Shown here: one piece after another, positions 63,242-64,000 of the stretch | How positions within the stretch are numbered: position 1 is the first letter of the stretch | Layout of the letters: each line of letters begins with the position of its first letter | Assembly: GCA_034722915.1 (NCBI GenBank) | Contig: JAYEOK010000168.1 | Location: 6,016-70,015, forward strand | DNA from: Thermodesulfobacteriota bacterium | GTDB taxonomy: Bacteria; Desulfobacterota; Desulfobulbia; Desulfobulbales; Desulfocapsaceae | DNA length: 64,000 nt | Direction: 5' to 3' | Made by a program: the position numbers and the translations under genes | The notes under the pieces: generated by a model | Database searches by the model: none | What the model saw: only the letters and a program-made list of their open reading frames with translations | Told to the model about the DNA's origin: nothing

Positions 63242-63388
63242 CTAGGAGGCTGTCCGAGAATGCCCTTTTGCCCAAACTCTTCAAAATTGTCAAAAAATAA
63301 TGCTCGCAATATCAAATATATGGCTGTGCTTATTTTTAGAAAATTTCTCGATTTTGAACAAAATGCCTATTCTCGGACAAGCTCCTAG
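63242..63388. mobile_element. 147-bp MITE with CTAG flanks
   Basis: CTAG-GAGGCTGTCCGAGAAT ... ATTCTCGGACAAGCTC-CTAG; inverted relative to 41756..41902. Confidence 0.88.
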
Positions 63389-63486
63389 TTATATATATTA
63401 TAAGCAATACTTCTTGACAGGGTGTCACATCCTGTTATTTTTAGACTGACCTGAAAGCACCCGAATTTTCAAGAGAGAGATACTCC

Positions 63487-64000
63487 ATGACACATACCAT
63501 ACATTTTTTACCCGATGACGTCCATGTCACTGTTGAGGAAGGAGAAAACCTGCTGACTGCTGCAGCATCGGCAGGTATCTATATTCATGCCTTCTGCGGT
63601 GGAGATGGTGTTTGCGGAAAGTGTAAAGTGAAGCTGGAGCAGGGAAGTGTGGACTCCGACAGTGCCGCCAGCCTGAAACAGAGTGAGTATGATGAAGGGG
63701 TGCGCCTGGCCTGTAAATCCAAGGTTGTTTCCGATATAACAGTTCGTATACCGGATCTGGTGAAAGCTGATGGAAAAGCGCTGAAACGTGCACCGAAAAC
63801 CACCCGATCCATTTCAGCCAGATCCCTTGAATCACTTATTGGAACATGGGATGTAAATCCACCGGTGGGCAAGGTTTTTCTCAAAATCCCTCCTCCAACT
63901 CTGGACGACAATATCTCTGACATGCAGCGTTTGATGCGTGCCCTGAAAAATGCCTACCCCGATAATCCCGAGCCCAGCTACGATCATCCTGAACTTATCC
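63487..64000 (+). CDS. N-terminal part of a 2Fe-2S ferredoxin-domain protein, probably ASKHA/DUF4445 (RACo-like); runs off the window
   Basis: MTHTIHFLPDDVHVTVEEGENLL...CGGDGVCGKCKV...RLACKSKV, then PPTLDDNISDMQRL. Confidence 0.8.
   Translation, partial: MTHTIHFLPDDVHVTVEEGENLLTAAASAGIYIHAFCGGDGVCGKCKVKLEQGSVDSDSAASLKQSEYDEGVRLACKSKVVSDITVRIPDLVKADGKALKRAPKTTRSISARSLESLIGTWDVNPPVGKVFLKIPPPTLDDNISDMQRLMRALKNAYPDNPEPSYDHPELI

Overview
Origin-proximal chromosomal window from a sulfur-cycling deltaproteobacterium (gene set and protein style suggest Desulfobulbales/Desulfocapsaceae; taxonomy is inference). Housekeeping backbone: pal, cmk, hisC, gatCA, dnaN-gyrB-gyrA-gpsA, parAB with a perfect parS, nadB, tRNA-Glu/tRNA-Lys, gatB, radC, hemW, radA, rnhA, rsmE, prmA. 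An AT-rich oriC-like region lies upstream of dnaN, but dnaA is absent from the window. Accessory content: a divergent YeeE / TusA-DsrE-DsrF-DsrH-like sulfur-relay cluster, a TatT-associated TRAP (TPAT) transporter, NfeD/SPFH, MCP, STAS-PilZ, adenylate cyclase and a DinJ-YafQ pair whose toxin is split by a MITE. The most novel gene is a 1043-aa fusion of radical SAM, an ArsM-like arsenite methyltransferase and a DUF5714-like Cys-rich domain. Intergenic DNA holds many non-autonomous elements with no transposase in the window: TTA-duplicating mini-MITEs stacked in tandem, 8-bp-TSD and CTAG MITEs nested in each other, and 17-bp and 26/27-bp micro-insertions without duplications, shown by filled/empty site pairs. 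Several small genes missed by the ORF track were recovered. All assignments come from motif recognition by eye; no searches were run.
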